Positions 28,293 through 37,607 are shown, counted from the stretch's first letter. The stretch is DNA of 41,585 nt from Candidatus Hydrogenedentota bacterium (GCA_963668025.2 CAXXTH010000024.1:1-41585); one strand, 5' to 3'. Notes: generated by a model from the sequence alone, not told the origin. Made by a program: numbers and translations.

Positions 28293-28748
28293 ATGAAAGA
28301 GCAAGAGCCTAAGAAACCGGAGCAAACGTTTATAAACCGGTTTCTCCCTTTTCTGTTCCTGATAGCCGGGGTGGGCCTTGTGTTGCTGGGCGCGTATATC
28401 GGCCAGCATGTGCAGCTCAAGGAAAAGATTTGGCTGGACATCAGAGGCGTGCGTGCTGCGGGCGAGGCCTTCTTGCAGGAAAACGGGCAATACCGTATTC
28501 GCTATCAAGAACCGGGAACAGGCGCGATCTACGCACGTTCCAATCAAAAAGGCTTAGGGCCGCAACGCATCAACGGCCAATCAGGCGATATCACCGTGCG
28601 GTTCGACCCGGCGCATCCCCAGATTTTTCAACCTTTTGGAATTTCCCTCCTGCCGGGGGTGAGTTCCCTGGTATTATTCATTACAGGCATGGCGTTGGTG
28701 TTGCGAGGGCGCCGGCTTCTGATTCGGCAAGCGAAGATGCTTAAGTGA
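28293..28748 (+). CDS. Two-TM membrane protein (DUF3592-like)
   Basis: Two TM helices flanking a soluble domain with ITVRFDPAHP. Confidence 0.65.
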   Translation: MKEQEPKKPEQTFINRFLPFLFLIAGVGLVLLGAYIGQHVQLKEKIWLDIRGVRAAGEAFLQENGQYRIRYQEPGTGAIYARSNQKGLGPQRINGQSGDITVRFDPAHPQIFQPFGISLLPGVSSLVLFITGMALVLRGRRLLIRQAKMLK

Positions 28749-28776
28749 ACGATAGGTGCGGGCCTTGCTGAACGTA

Positions 28777-28931
28777 GCGAGGACACCGGTCCCACGCATT
28801 GCTTTTAGAAAAAAGTGTGGGATCGCTGCCCCCAGCGGTCGTCAGATGCAAAATGATGTATCAATACAGGAGAAAAGGAGTAAACGGGACTGCCAAATAT
28901 AAGATGCTACTTCAGTCGGCTAAAGTGTTAC
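28777..28931. mobile_element. Right part of the 198-bp MITE (diverged copy)
   Basis: Shares AAAAGTGTGGGA..GTCAGATGCAAAAT..GTATCAATA..CTGCCAAATAT..TGCTACTTCAGTCGGCTAAAGTGTTAC with 15830-15961. Confidence 0.75.
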
Positions 28932-29067
28932 CGTTTTTTTACGCCATATCGTTCAGCTTATGTAACGATTTTCACCCCGATACCTATGTTTGTGCCGCAT
29001 TAAAGGCTCACGTATAATCATGCATATACTGGTATAGAGGGTCTTTGACATATTAAGGGAAAATGCC

Positions 29068-29730
29068 GTGGAAAAAATGTTCTTATGCGCCCCGGCCATG
29101 GGGGCGGATGTGCTTCGCTTGGGTGAGGAATATCAATCTTTCGAAACCTCGGGATTCGACGCGTTATACTTTGATGTGTCCGATGGCGCGTTCGCGCCTG
29201 ATTTCGGGGCAAGCCCATCGCTGATATCAGGCGCTAAAAAGATATGCTCCTTGCCGCGAATCGCCCACCTTATGTTGATGGAGCCGGACCGCCATATCCA
29301 GCGTTTTCTCGATGCCGGATGCACGGGCATTATCCTTCCCGTCGAAGCGAAGATCCATATCCATCGTGCGCTGTCCCTCATCAAGGCGGCCAGCGCAGCC
29401 TCGGGGCTCTCGCTATTGCCCGCCACACCTCTCACGAAGGCCGACTATCTGCTCGATTTTGCAGACTACATTTTGCTGCTGCGCCGCGAACCGGGAAGCA
29501 TCGAAGGCGTGCCCCAAAATGAAACCACGGAGCGGGTACGCATTCTAAAAGACTATCTTGGCCATCGTGGCCTAAAAGCGCGTATTCTCGTGGATGCGCC
29601 GGACACCATGCAGGATGCGGCCATCTTCGCCCATGCTGGCGCGTCGGGATTCGTCTTGCGTGAGCGCCAATTCTTCGCCCTAGAAGATTTCCGGCGTACC
29701 GTGGACGCCCGGAGGCTGGTCATGGCGTAA
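29068..29730 (+). CDS. Ribulose-phosphate 3-epimerase-like protein with degenerate motifs
   Basis: YFDVSDGAFAPDFG, AHLM..EP, PATPL, ILVD; GTG start. Confidence 0.75.
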   Translation: MEKMFLCAPAMGADVLRLGEEYQSFETSGFDALYFDVSDGAFAPDFGASPSLISGAKKICSLPRIAHLMLMEPDRHIQRFLDAGCTGIILPVEAKIHIHRALSLIKAASAASGLSLLPATPLTKADYLLDFADYILLLRREPGSIEGVPQNETTERVRILKDYLGHRGLKARILVDAPDTMQDAAIFAHAGASGFVLRERQFFALEDFRRTVDARRLVMA

Positions 29731-29786
29731 GAGACGCCTTGTTATAGATGGCACTGGATATCGAAAACGCGAGGAGAACCGTGCTG

Positions 29787-30944
29787 ATGAAATGGTTGGA
29801 AATGAGCTGCAAGCCGGTGCGTTTCGGCATTGGCCTTACTGCTGGGGCTTCCTGTACGGGCATTGACGCCGCCTTGGTCCGTTTAAAAGGCAATGGGATA
29901 GGCGTGCATATCAAACTGGCTGCTTCCAACCAATTCCCCTATCCGAAAGGCTTGCGAAACCGCCTTCTAGCCGTGCAAAAGAGCGCGAAGGAACTCGCCA
30001 TGCTCCATTTTGAATTGGGGGAAGCATTCGCCGAGGCCGCGCAAGCCATGAAAGTGGCGGCGTCCGAAGCAATGCTTGAACCGGATTTCATCGCTCTCCA
30101 GGGATATCCCGCTGCATTTTTACCCCGGCGTGGCGGCTCTAAAGCCCTAGGAGCGCTGAGCTTGGGCGAACCCGCCATTGTCGCTGAACGCGCCAAGCTG
30201 CCGGTGGCCTCCGAATTCACCGCGCGCGACATGGCCACGGGCGGACAGGGCCGGCCATATGACGCCTATGCCAATTGGCTTCTGTTCGCGCGCGAGACTC
30301 GCACCATCGCCTGCCTTCATCTGGGCGCTCTGGCCAGCATCACCATCGTCACGCCCGAACTGGATAATGTCATGGCTTTCGATATCGGGCCATGCAATGC
30401 CGCCTTGGATGGGGCGATTCATCTTATATTGAAGGGCAATCGCGAATATGATCTGGATGGAGCGACGGCGCTACAGGGCGAAATCATTGAGGAAATGCTC
30501 GAAGAATTGCTGCGCCATCCCTATTTTAACCTGGTCCCGCCTAAAAGCGCCTCGCGGGACGACTTCCATCCTGAAACCTACCTTCGCGACGCCATCAAAC
30601 AGTGGCGCGAACAAGGCATGGAACATATCATGGCCACCGTCACGATGGCCGTGGCCAAGAGCATCGAACGGGCGTATCTGCGTTTCATCAAGCCACGCTA
30701 TAACCTCGAACGCATCATTATTACCGGCGGCGGCACGTTGAACAAGGCTTTGGTGCGGAACGTCAAGGATATATTCCCTGATTTGGTGCGCAAGAGCAGC
30801 GAGTATGGCTTGCCTCCGGAAACCGTGGACGCCCTCCGCGTGGCCGTACTTGGCAACGAAACCTTTTGTGGCAAAGCAAATAATACGCCCAGCGCCACCG
30901 GTGCGGACCGGTCGATCATATCCGGCTCGATCACGATGTATTAA
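29787..30944 (+). CDS. Anhydro-N-acetylmuramic acid kinase-like protein (divergent)
   Basis: GL..G.S..GIDAALV, RDMATGGQG, FDIGPCN, HPYF...PPKS, GGGTLN, PSATGA. Start may instead be 29748 or 29781. Confidence 0.8.
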   Translation: MKWLEMSCKPVRFGIGLTAGASCTGIDAALVRLKGNGIGVHIKLAASNQFPYPKGLRNRLLAVQKSAKELAMLHFELGEAFAEAAQAMKVAASEAMLEPDFIALQGYPAAFLPRRGGSKALGALSLGEPAIVAERAKLPVASEFTARDMATGGQGRPYDAYANWLLFARETRTIACLHLGALASITIVTPELDNVMAFDIGPCNAALDGAIHLILKGNREYDLDGATALQGEIIEEMLEELLRHPYFNLVPPKSASRDDFHPETYLRDAIKQWREQGMEHIMATVTMAVAKSIERAYLRFIKPRYNLERIIITGGGTLNKALVRNVKDIFPDLVRKSSEYGLPPETVDALRVAVLGNETFCGKANNTPSATGADRSIISGSITMY

Positions 30945-31103
30945 TCTTTTGCTCATTCCTCCATACAGAGCCACATATGAATACTGGGTTTCATGTAAAA
31001 TAGCGCGATAAACATATTTGGCACATATTGACATTATCACACTTTTATGATAATTGTAATGTGACAATGGAAGGATGTCTCTCACCGGGAAAGGAACACT
31101 TCA

Positions 31104-31268
31104 ATGAAACACATGGAAACAATGACAGCAGTTAAAAGAGCGGAGCTCCCAGAACTTGCGGATTCGAGTAGTTGCAGTTGCAAGAGTTATACAAGCCAGA
31201 GCGAATGCGAAGCAGCCAGCACGTATTGCGGCTGCAGTTGGAACTCTAAAAATCAATGTGTTGGGTAA
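31104..31268 (+). CDS. 54-aa leader + six-Cys peptide A (putative RiPP precursor or disulfide mini-protein)
   Basis: MKHMETMTAVKRAELPELADSSSCSCKSYTSQSECEAASTYCGCSWNSKNQCVG; GAAAGGA RBS; clear paralog at 32440. Confidence 0.85.
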   Translation: MKHMETMTAVKRAELPELADSSSCSCKSYTSQSECEAASTYCGCSWNSKNQCVG

Positions 31269-31770
31269 TCTCTAGGTGAATCGAATAGGGGGGGCCTCGG
31301 GGTTCCCCCATGCTACAACACCGGCCAGCCGCCCCAGACTGCCAGTTACTGCTATGGAACTCCCCCTTCCAGATGTGCCAGTGTATCCTTCTCTCGATCT
31401 ACAAGAGATCTAGCTTTGGACCAATTTTTGAACCGCGAATAGACGCGAATGAACGCCAATAGATTTACCGCAGCACTTTGGCGGAATGAAGCTAGAGGTT
31501 TTGCCCGAACCCGTTTTTTTATGGCAGCGAAATCACCGTCAAAAAAATCTTGTCCCATCCTGTAAATCATGTCAAAAAAAATGCCTGCCCACCCAGTAAG
31601 TGTCCAAGGGCAGAACCGGGGGATCTCCAAAAGGAGTAGCCCCCTATTGCGCTATCCTGTATTCGGGCTAAATATATTATTGCATACACAAAACAAAACA
31701 TAGAAAGTCATGATATAATGAATTTAGTTGCGAAAATAATCGGGCTTGCTTATGAACGGAAAACGTGGAA

Positions 31771-32055
31771 ATGAGTAAGTATATCGAAAAAGATGGCCTT
31801 GTGACATTGGATGAAAGTGTTCCAGATTTGAGTGATATATGCGGAGCGTGTAAGCATAGGCATCTTTCTCCAAATCGCATGTGCTGTAATGCCTTTCCTG
31901 AAGGTATTCCGTTAGACATATGGGTTGGGAATCATACCCATCGGACTCCATATGAAGGCGATAATGGCATCATGTTTGAGAAAATGACTCAAGAAGAGTT
32001 AAAGGAAAGAATTGATTATCTGGATAAAAAATACGGTTTTATTCCAGATGAATAA
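31771..32055 (+). CDS. Small Cys/His protein, CxxCxH...CxAFPxGIP...H..P..GDxGI.FE type
   Basis: ICGACKH...[33 protein letters not shown]; AT-rich codons; followed by its own terminator. Confidence 0.8.
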   Translation: MSKYIEKDGLVTLDESVPDLSDICGACKHRHLSPNRMCCNAFPEGIPLDIWVGNHTHRTPYEGDNGIMFEKMTQEELKERIDYLDKKYGFIPDE

Positions 32056-32074
32056 ATGAGATTATAGTTTTCTG

Positions 32075-32113
32075 AATCCCCGGTGGTGGTGGCCATCAGG
32101 GATTTTTGTTTTT
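32075..32113 (+). terminator. Rho-independent terminator
   Basis: AATCCCCGGTGGT-GGTG-GCCATCAGGGATT followed by TTTGTTTTT. Confidence 0.65.
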
Positions 32114-32152
32114 GAAGAGGCTCACGCGAAGGCACTAAGACGCAAAGGGGAG

Positions 32153-32226
32153 ATAGGGTTTGGGGTTTAGGGTTTTGGGTTTAGGGACCGGATTCTAGAC
32201 CCTATACCCTGAATCCTAGACCCTAT
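32153..32226. repeat. 7-bp periodic inverted repeat forming a 32-bp hairpin
   Basis: A (TAGGGTT)-like run is followed by a complementary (TAGACCC)-like run. Confidence 0.8.
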
Positions 32227-32439
32227 TGGTGTTGACGGGGTGGGGGACGGATGGAGAGACTGAGGGCATGATTGGGCGTATTTGACAGATGCAAAAATGC
32301 CGGCAGATTGTTATCTGATGACTCCTAGAGGTTGTTCATGTCACGGGCTTGCTACAAAAAACACTTGAACGATTTGATAAATATATGATAATAGAAAATA
32401 GTAAGATGGGTAAAAGCACGCCATGAAAGGAGCTACCCA

Positions 32440-32595
32440 ATGAGACACACAAGAGCTATCTCGGAAATGAACGAGGCGGATCTTCCAAAACTCGCAAGTT
32501 CAGAGTGTAGTTGTAAAGAATATGATACCGAGTCCGATTGCCTCACTAGCAACTGCGGTTGCGCGTGGGATGTGTCAAAAGGGACATGTTCCTAA
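32440..32595 (+). CDS. 51-aa leader + six-Cys peptide B (paralog of peptide A)
   Basis: MRHTRAISEMNEADLPKLASSECSCKEYDTESDCLTSNCGCAWDVSKGTCS; GAAAGGAG RBS. Confidence 0.85.
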   Translation: MRHTRAISEMNEADLPKLASSECSCKEYDTESDCLTSNCGCAWDVSKGTCS

Positions 32596-32924
32596 AAATA
32601 GGCACTATATAAACTATATTAAAACGCGCTGGCGTTTTATTGTCGGCAAATTCCGCATGTTGTTGGGGTGTAATCACTCAACATCCCGGCAAACAGGTGT
32701 AGTGTTGTTTTTTGTGTGCATCATACCTAGGACCTGAAAACGCAGATAACTATAATTATCTATTATTCTACTAGAAATATGCATTACGCACGGTCTTCCG
32801 CTTCGTTCTCGCCATCCTGCATACGTTCCTAGATGGACTCCATGGATTTTGCCGTTCAAGAGCTGCTTCCCGCTTCTTGTTCATGGCGATTCTTCGATAT
32901 AACCTGCCCCAAATTCCGCAACCC

Positions 32925-32953
32925 TTGACAAAATGCGCACAAACAGGTACATT
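32925..32953 (+). promoter_or_regulatory. Sigma70 promoter of the 1032-aa gene
   Basis: TTGACA-N17-TACATT. Confidence 0.65.
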
Positions 32954-33050
32954 AGAACACAAACGCGCGTAAACGATCTCAAACAATCACACCAAGGCTT
33001 TCGGAATAGGCCTTGGCTAACCCGCCGGTACAGCGATATGGGAGAGTCAG

Positions 33051-36000
33051 ATGATGTCTAGGTTAAAAAGACGATTTGGTTGGATTGCTCTTGTGGCTGT
33101 TCTCAATGCATGCCTGGCCATCTCGGCGTCCGCGGCTACCATTGAATCCCCTGCGGAGGGCGCCTATGTGCTTTCAAACGGCGATATGGCGCGAATGATT
33201 GAGGCTATACCGGGCAAACCCCTTCGTACGCTCCGCATAATGAATCAACGTATGGGCTCCGAGTTGATGCTTAGCGGGAAGGAGTTTGCCCTTGTTACGG
33301 ATAAGGGAGAGATCAGCGGAGACGACTTCAAGGTTACGCAAGTGCAGGCAAACCGTGAGGACGATGCTGCGGTATTGCATGTCGATCTCGAGGCGGCCGA
33401 TTGGAAGGCGGTGGTGCGATACGAATTGCGCGATGGATGTCCATTCGACACGCGCCAGTTGTCGTTGGAATACGTGGGCGCGGAAAAGATTGTTCTTGAA
33501 CGTGTATGGGATGGGGTGTATGAATCACCGGATGCGTTGAAGCTTCTCAAGACCGCATCGAGCGGTTCAGACTTGGCCGCGTTCTTGAGGAAGGACAAAT
33601 GTGGCGTTCTGTTGAATGTCGATTTCCCCTATTCCGAGATAGAAATGGACCAGGATGCGAAATCGGTGCGGTTGGGATACCCTCTTGGCGATCCTGTCCA
33701 AAAGGGGTATATCCACAACGCCGAGCCGTTGAATGTCGGTGTATATAGCCTGGATGGAGTGCTGGTGGGGGCTGGGGGCGGCGTGGCGATCGATTTCGAG
33801 CGCGCCGAGGGCACCTGGGCCGCGAATAGCGCTATTTCGGAGAGCGTGCTGACGGCCGATAATCCGGACCGGGGCGAAATACGCGCGTTCCGGCGGATGT
33901 ACGAAATCCTGGCTCCGAACCGGCGCGGCACGGCCCAGCTTCACTACCAGACGTATGACGACATGGATCCTCGGCGCGAGCAAGCGTCCGCCATGGACCG
34001 CCCGGAAACCTTGCATCGAGACATCGGCCTCGCCAAAAAGTGGGGCTTCAACTCGTATATGCTCTACGAAGACCACAATGTATTTCTTCCGGAACGGCCG
34101 CCGCTTAGCGTGGTGGCCGAAGTATCCGAACGGGCGAAACGGGAAGGGCTGGCGTTTGGCTCCGGCAACCCTTGCAATTACGGCACGGGGTTCTTTTGGA
34201 AATCGGAACCAAAACCTTGGCCGCGTGAGGATTGGACGGTTATGGACGCGGACGGGAAACGGCAGGCGTCCGTTCAATGCTGGGCGGCTCCGGGCTTTGT
34301 GGATTATCTCCTCGAACGGGATGTCCCCTGGCTGCAAAAATATGGCTGGACCAATTGGGGATTTGATTTTTTCATCATGAATCCTTGCCATGACCCCGCC
34401 CATGGGCATCCCGCCGGGCATGATTCGTTATACAAGCAGATGAAAGCGGCGGTGGATTATCATGAGCGCCTTAGGAATGCATCCAAGGATCCCGGCCATT
34501 TCCTGATCTACACCTGGCTGGGGTACGAGCCATGGATGCCAAAAATGGGCAAATGGGCGGATTATTTTTACATGGCCGATCCCGCCAACTCCTGGCCGAT
34601 TCCGGCGGTGAATCTCCATGAACAAATGGGAGCAAACTACCGGCGCATGTATTGGCGTCTATTCATGGAGCAAGGCGTACCGGGATACATGCTTCAGAAT
34701 CCGATATTCCTCGCCAATTGGCGGGATGGGCTCATTCGGGACGCCGAAACGTATCAAAACAACTTCATCAACCTCTTCGGCTTTAGCCCGAATGTGAATA
34801 TGCAGCAGCCCTGGCGCTTCCTCGATTCACTCACCGTGAAAGAATATGAAGCCGCGAATGAATTCTTCCCCAAATGGCTCCAGTATGCAAAAGATAATTT
34901 TGCGGCATTGCGCAACCTTATCGTGCTTTCGCCCTCGCCAGCCCCAGGAGTGCTCGAGGCCTATGCCCATCCAAGTGATGCGGGCGATAAATGCATTCTG
35001 GTGTTGATCAACACCAACTTTTTCCGTTTGGAAAAGACACTGTCCATCGGATCGCTCTTAGGCCTGAAAGACAACGGCTCTTCATGGATGATACGGGAAC
35101 GCTTCCCCCTTGAACGATGGGAGTTGATCGACGGGCGCACCAGATGGAATTTCGATGAGGAGGTGCGCCTGAGCGTTCCGCCAAAAACAACGATGCTCCT
35201 AGAGATCGCGCCCCAGACGCCCGTCGAGCGCGGCGGCGTCCGCTGGTATGGCTTGCCTGACGGCTTGGGCGGGCCTACGGACGAGGGCATATGGCAATTC
35301 CAGGATGAACAGTCCAAGACATATGAGGTGGCTGTCGAGCTTCCAACAGGCTCATACGTGGCCGCCGTACAGGCCCGCAATCCCGAGCCAAAAGATCCGT
35401 TTACAACCATTCCTAGTAAATTCAAGCAAGGCTGCACGCATTTCCAATTGACCTTTCCACCCAACATCCTATCGGAGCCCGTTCAGCGGGAACTATCGGA
35501 CTGGGTTGTTCAGCCCGGCTCGCTCGAAGAAGGGTTCGAAAAGCAGTGGACGAAAGGCATTGCAGGAAAACCGGTACATTTTCCGCTGGATTCGATTTTG
35601 AAAGCGCCAGATCCCGATAAACTCATCAGCGAACCGGCATCGCTGAGTTATGAAGGCGCGAATATCGGTAAATTCATGGGGACAATGCTGTATCATCCTT
35701 GGTACTGGAATATGCCTCTGGAAGTGCGGCTGGAGAAGAGGCCGGGCAATTGCCCTGAAGATACGGCCCCAACTTCGCCAGAGGAACAACAGGTGAAAGA
35801 ACCGTCGCAATTCCCTGAGTGTGCTGCTTATTGGCTTTCAACAAACCTAAACCTCATGGCCGTGCAAAACCGGTGCATGGGATATACGCCCTATTTCGAC
35901 CAGCACATGTTCATTCCATTGCCCTTCGCGGACTACAAAAATATCGAGGCCATCCAGGCATGGGTGAACGGCATTCCCGCACAGATCGAAAAGATGGATT

Positions 36001-36149
36001 ATTTGTTCACCCCTCCTTTCGGACAATATTTCGAGCATGGCTCACATGACTTCATGTATTACCTGGACGGCAGTAAGAACAACCTGAAGAATAACTTTTG
36101 GGACGCCACGCCCAACAATATCACCGTGTGGGTGAAATGGAAAGAATGA
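33051..36149 (+). CDS. Large secreted protein, probable GH36/clan GH-D-like glycoside hydrolase
   Basis: Signal peptide (..ISASA-A); beta-sandwich-like N-terminus; barrel-like region with WGFDFF..C....HGH, resembling the clan GH-D nucleophile Asp region. Confidence 0.55.
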   Translation: MMSRLKRRFGWIALVAVLNACLAISASAATIESPAEGAYVLSNGDMARMIEAIPGKPLRTLRIMNQRMGSELMLSGKEFALVTDKGEISGDDFKVTQVQANREDDAAVLHVDLEAADWKAVVRYELRDGCPFDTRQLSLEYVGAEKIVLERVWDGVYESPDALKLLKTASSGSDLAAFLRKDKCGVLLNVDFPYSEIEMDQDAKSVRLGYPLGDPVQKGYIHNAEPLNVGVYSLDGVLVGAGGGVAIDFERAEGTWAANSAISESVLTADNPDRGEIRAFRRMYEILAPNRRGTAQLHYQTYDDMDPRREQASAMDRPETLHRDIGLAKKWGFNSYMLYEDHNVFLPERPPLSVVAEVSERAKREGLAFGSGNPCNYGTGFFWKSEPKPWPREDWTVMDADGKRQASVQCWAAPGFVDYLLERDVPWLQKYGWTNWGFDFFIMNPCHDPAHGHPAGHDSLYKQMKAAVDYHERLRNASKDPGHFLIYTWLGYEPWMPKMGKWADYFYMADPANSWPIPAVNLHEQMGANYRRMYWRLFMEQGVPGYMLQNPIFLANWRDGLIRDAETYQNNFINLFGFSPNVNMQQPWRFLDSLTVKEYEAANEFFPKWLQYAKDNFAALRNLIVLSPSPAPGVLEAYAHPSDAGDKCILVLINTNFFRLEKTLSIGSLLGLKDNGSSWMIRERFPLERWELIDGRTRWNFDEEVRLSVPPKTTMLLEIAPQTPVERGGVRWYGLPDGLGGPTDEGIWQFQDEQSKTYEVAVELPTGSYVAAVQARNPEPKDPFTTIPSKFKQGCTHFQLTFPPNILSEPVQRELSDWVVQPGSLEEGFEKQWTKGIAGKPVHFPLDSILKAPDPDKLISEPASLSYEGANIGKFMGTMLYHPWYWNMPLEVRLEKRPGNCPEDTAPTSPEEQQVKEPSQFPECAAYWLSTNLNLMAVQNRCMGYTPYFDQHMFIPLPFADYKNIEAIQAWVNGIPAQIEKMDYLFTPPFGQYFEHGSHDFMYYLDGSKNNLKNNFWDATPNNITVWVKWKE

Positions 36150-36171
36150 ATTGTTGCGCCATGATTCCGAT

Positions 36172-36392
36172 ACGTTGTGTCCGTTGTGCTCGTCGTGTTT
36201 CAGAATTTCAACACCACGGGGACAAAGGACACAACGGCATTATGGACGCAACCAAACGGCCATCTTCTTTTAACCGCGAATAGACGCGAATGAACGCGAA
36301 TGAATCCACTCGATATGGTTTCGATGGCATTGTTGTTTGCCATTCGGATATATGTCGTTAGTTTTCTATAGACCTTTGCGCCTTTGCGTGAA
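36172..36392. repeat. Cluster of 9-10-bp periodic intergenic repeats and hairpins
   Basis: Inverted pair CGTTGTGTCCGTTGTG / ACAAAGGACACAACG; AACCGCGAATAGACGCGAATGAACGC identical to 31431-31456; CTTTGCGCCTTTGCGTG. Confidence 0.7.
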
Positions 36393-36521
36393 AATAAACC
36401 TTGCCTCTCGTATAAGCCGGTATCCGCGTACCTGGCAATGCTGCTGTAAGAATTACCCGCCATCGTGTACACTAAATCGTCTCATTTCGCCAGGCAATAA
36501 TACGGAGTGCATATCATATTA

Positions 36522-37607
36522 ATGCCACCCTCGGAATCAAATGGAGAGAAAGGCGCGCTTCGCAAGCTGCTCGAGGCGCGGGAGGACGCCATGCTCAGCC
36601 CGCATGCGGCGCGGGCCAGCCAATCACGCGGGCGCACCAATGATGAACCGGAACACGCGTACCGGACCGCTTTCCAGCGGGATCGCGACCGCATTCTGCA
36701 CACCAAGTCATTCCGGCGGCTCAAACGTAAAACGCAGGTATTCTTGTCTACCGCCGGAGACCACTTCCGCACGCGCCTGACGCACACGCTCGAGGTGGCC
36801 CAGATCGCACGCACGGCGGCCCGGGCGCTGTTTCTGAATGAAGACCTCACGGAGGCTATCGCCTTGGGCCATGATTTGGGCCATACACCGTTTGGCCACG
36901 CGGGCGAAGCCGTATTGGGCGAGGTGTATGCGGGCGGCTTCAACCATGCGGAACAGAGCCTGCGCATCGTCGAGCACTTGGAATCCACGCGCCATGGACG
37001 TGGGCTTAACCTGACCTTTGAAGTTCGCGACGGCATTCGCAACCATTCCAAGGGAAAGGCGATTCTCGCAGGCGTTGCGGGCAACCGCGCGGCGACGCTC
37101 GAGGGCGATATTGTCAGCGTGTGTGACGCCGTGGCCTACATCAATCATGATATCGACGACGCCCTGCGCAGCGGATTGATCACAATGGATGACCTGCCCC
37201 AGGACGCTATCAGGCGGCTCGGCCGCACCTCTTCCGAGCGCATAAACGCCATGGTGAGCGCCTTGATCGAAGGCAGCCAGGATGGCGCCATCGCCATGGC
37301 GGATGAAGTGCGCGAGGCCACATGGGCGCTGCGCGCGTATCTATACCGCGATCTCTATACTTGCGAACCCATCGGCCGCGAAATCCGCAAAAGCAAAAAA
37401 ATCCTGCGCGAACTGTATTATCTGTTGCTTGAATACCCGGAATACAGCCAGGCGGGCGCATGGCATGAACAAGAAGAACGGCCCGATTATACGGACCCTG
37501 CTGATCCGCCGGAACAGCGCACGGTGGATATCGTGGCGGGCATGACTGATCCCTATGCCTTGGAACTCTACAAGCGCTACTTCTTCCCAGAATCATGGCC
37601 CGCGTGA
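36522..37607 (+). CDS. dgt: Deoxyguanosinetriphosphate triphosphohydrolase (HD domain)
   Basis: RTAFQRDRDRILH, FRRLKRKTQV, RTRLTHTLEV, GHDLGHTPFGHAGE, AGMTD. Confidence 0.93.
   Translation: MPPSESNGEKGALRKLLEAREDAMLSPHAARASQSRGRTNDEPEHAYRTAFQRDRDRILHTKSFRRLKRKTQVFLSTAGDHFRTRLTHTLEVAQIARTAARALFLNEDLTEAIALGHDLGHTPFGHAGEAVLGEVYAGGFNHAEQSLRIVEHLESTRHGRGLNLTFEVRDGIRNHSKGKAILAGVAGNRAATLEGDIVSVCDAVAYINHDIDDALRSGLITMDDLPQDAIRRLGRTSSERINAMVSALIEGSQDGAIAMADEVREATWALRAYLYRDLYTCEPIGREIRKSKKILRELYYLLLEYPEYSQAGAWHEQEERPDYTDPADPPEQRTVDIVAGMTDPYALELYKRYFFPESWPA

Noticed and set aside
31104-31268. Calling the peptides SCIFF
   Set aside because: Cys spacing differs, the CQSACKTSC motif is absent, and no radical SAM maturase is adjacent.
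31431-31460. Periodic repeats as a CRISPR array
   Set aside because: Units are 9-10 bp with no spacers, and there are no cas genes.
32153-32186. TTTAGGG as plant telomere contamination
   Set aside because: Short, degenerate and paired with a complementary arm within bacterial sequence.
32522-32737. 71-aa track ORF overlapping peptide B
   Set aside because: No RBS; the other frame has an RBS and a paralog.
32771-32986. Minus-strand 71-aa ORF, possible gene remnant
   Set aside because: No recognisable motif or RBS, and it overlaps the promoter of the next gene.
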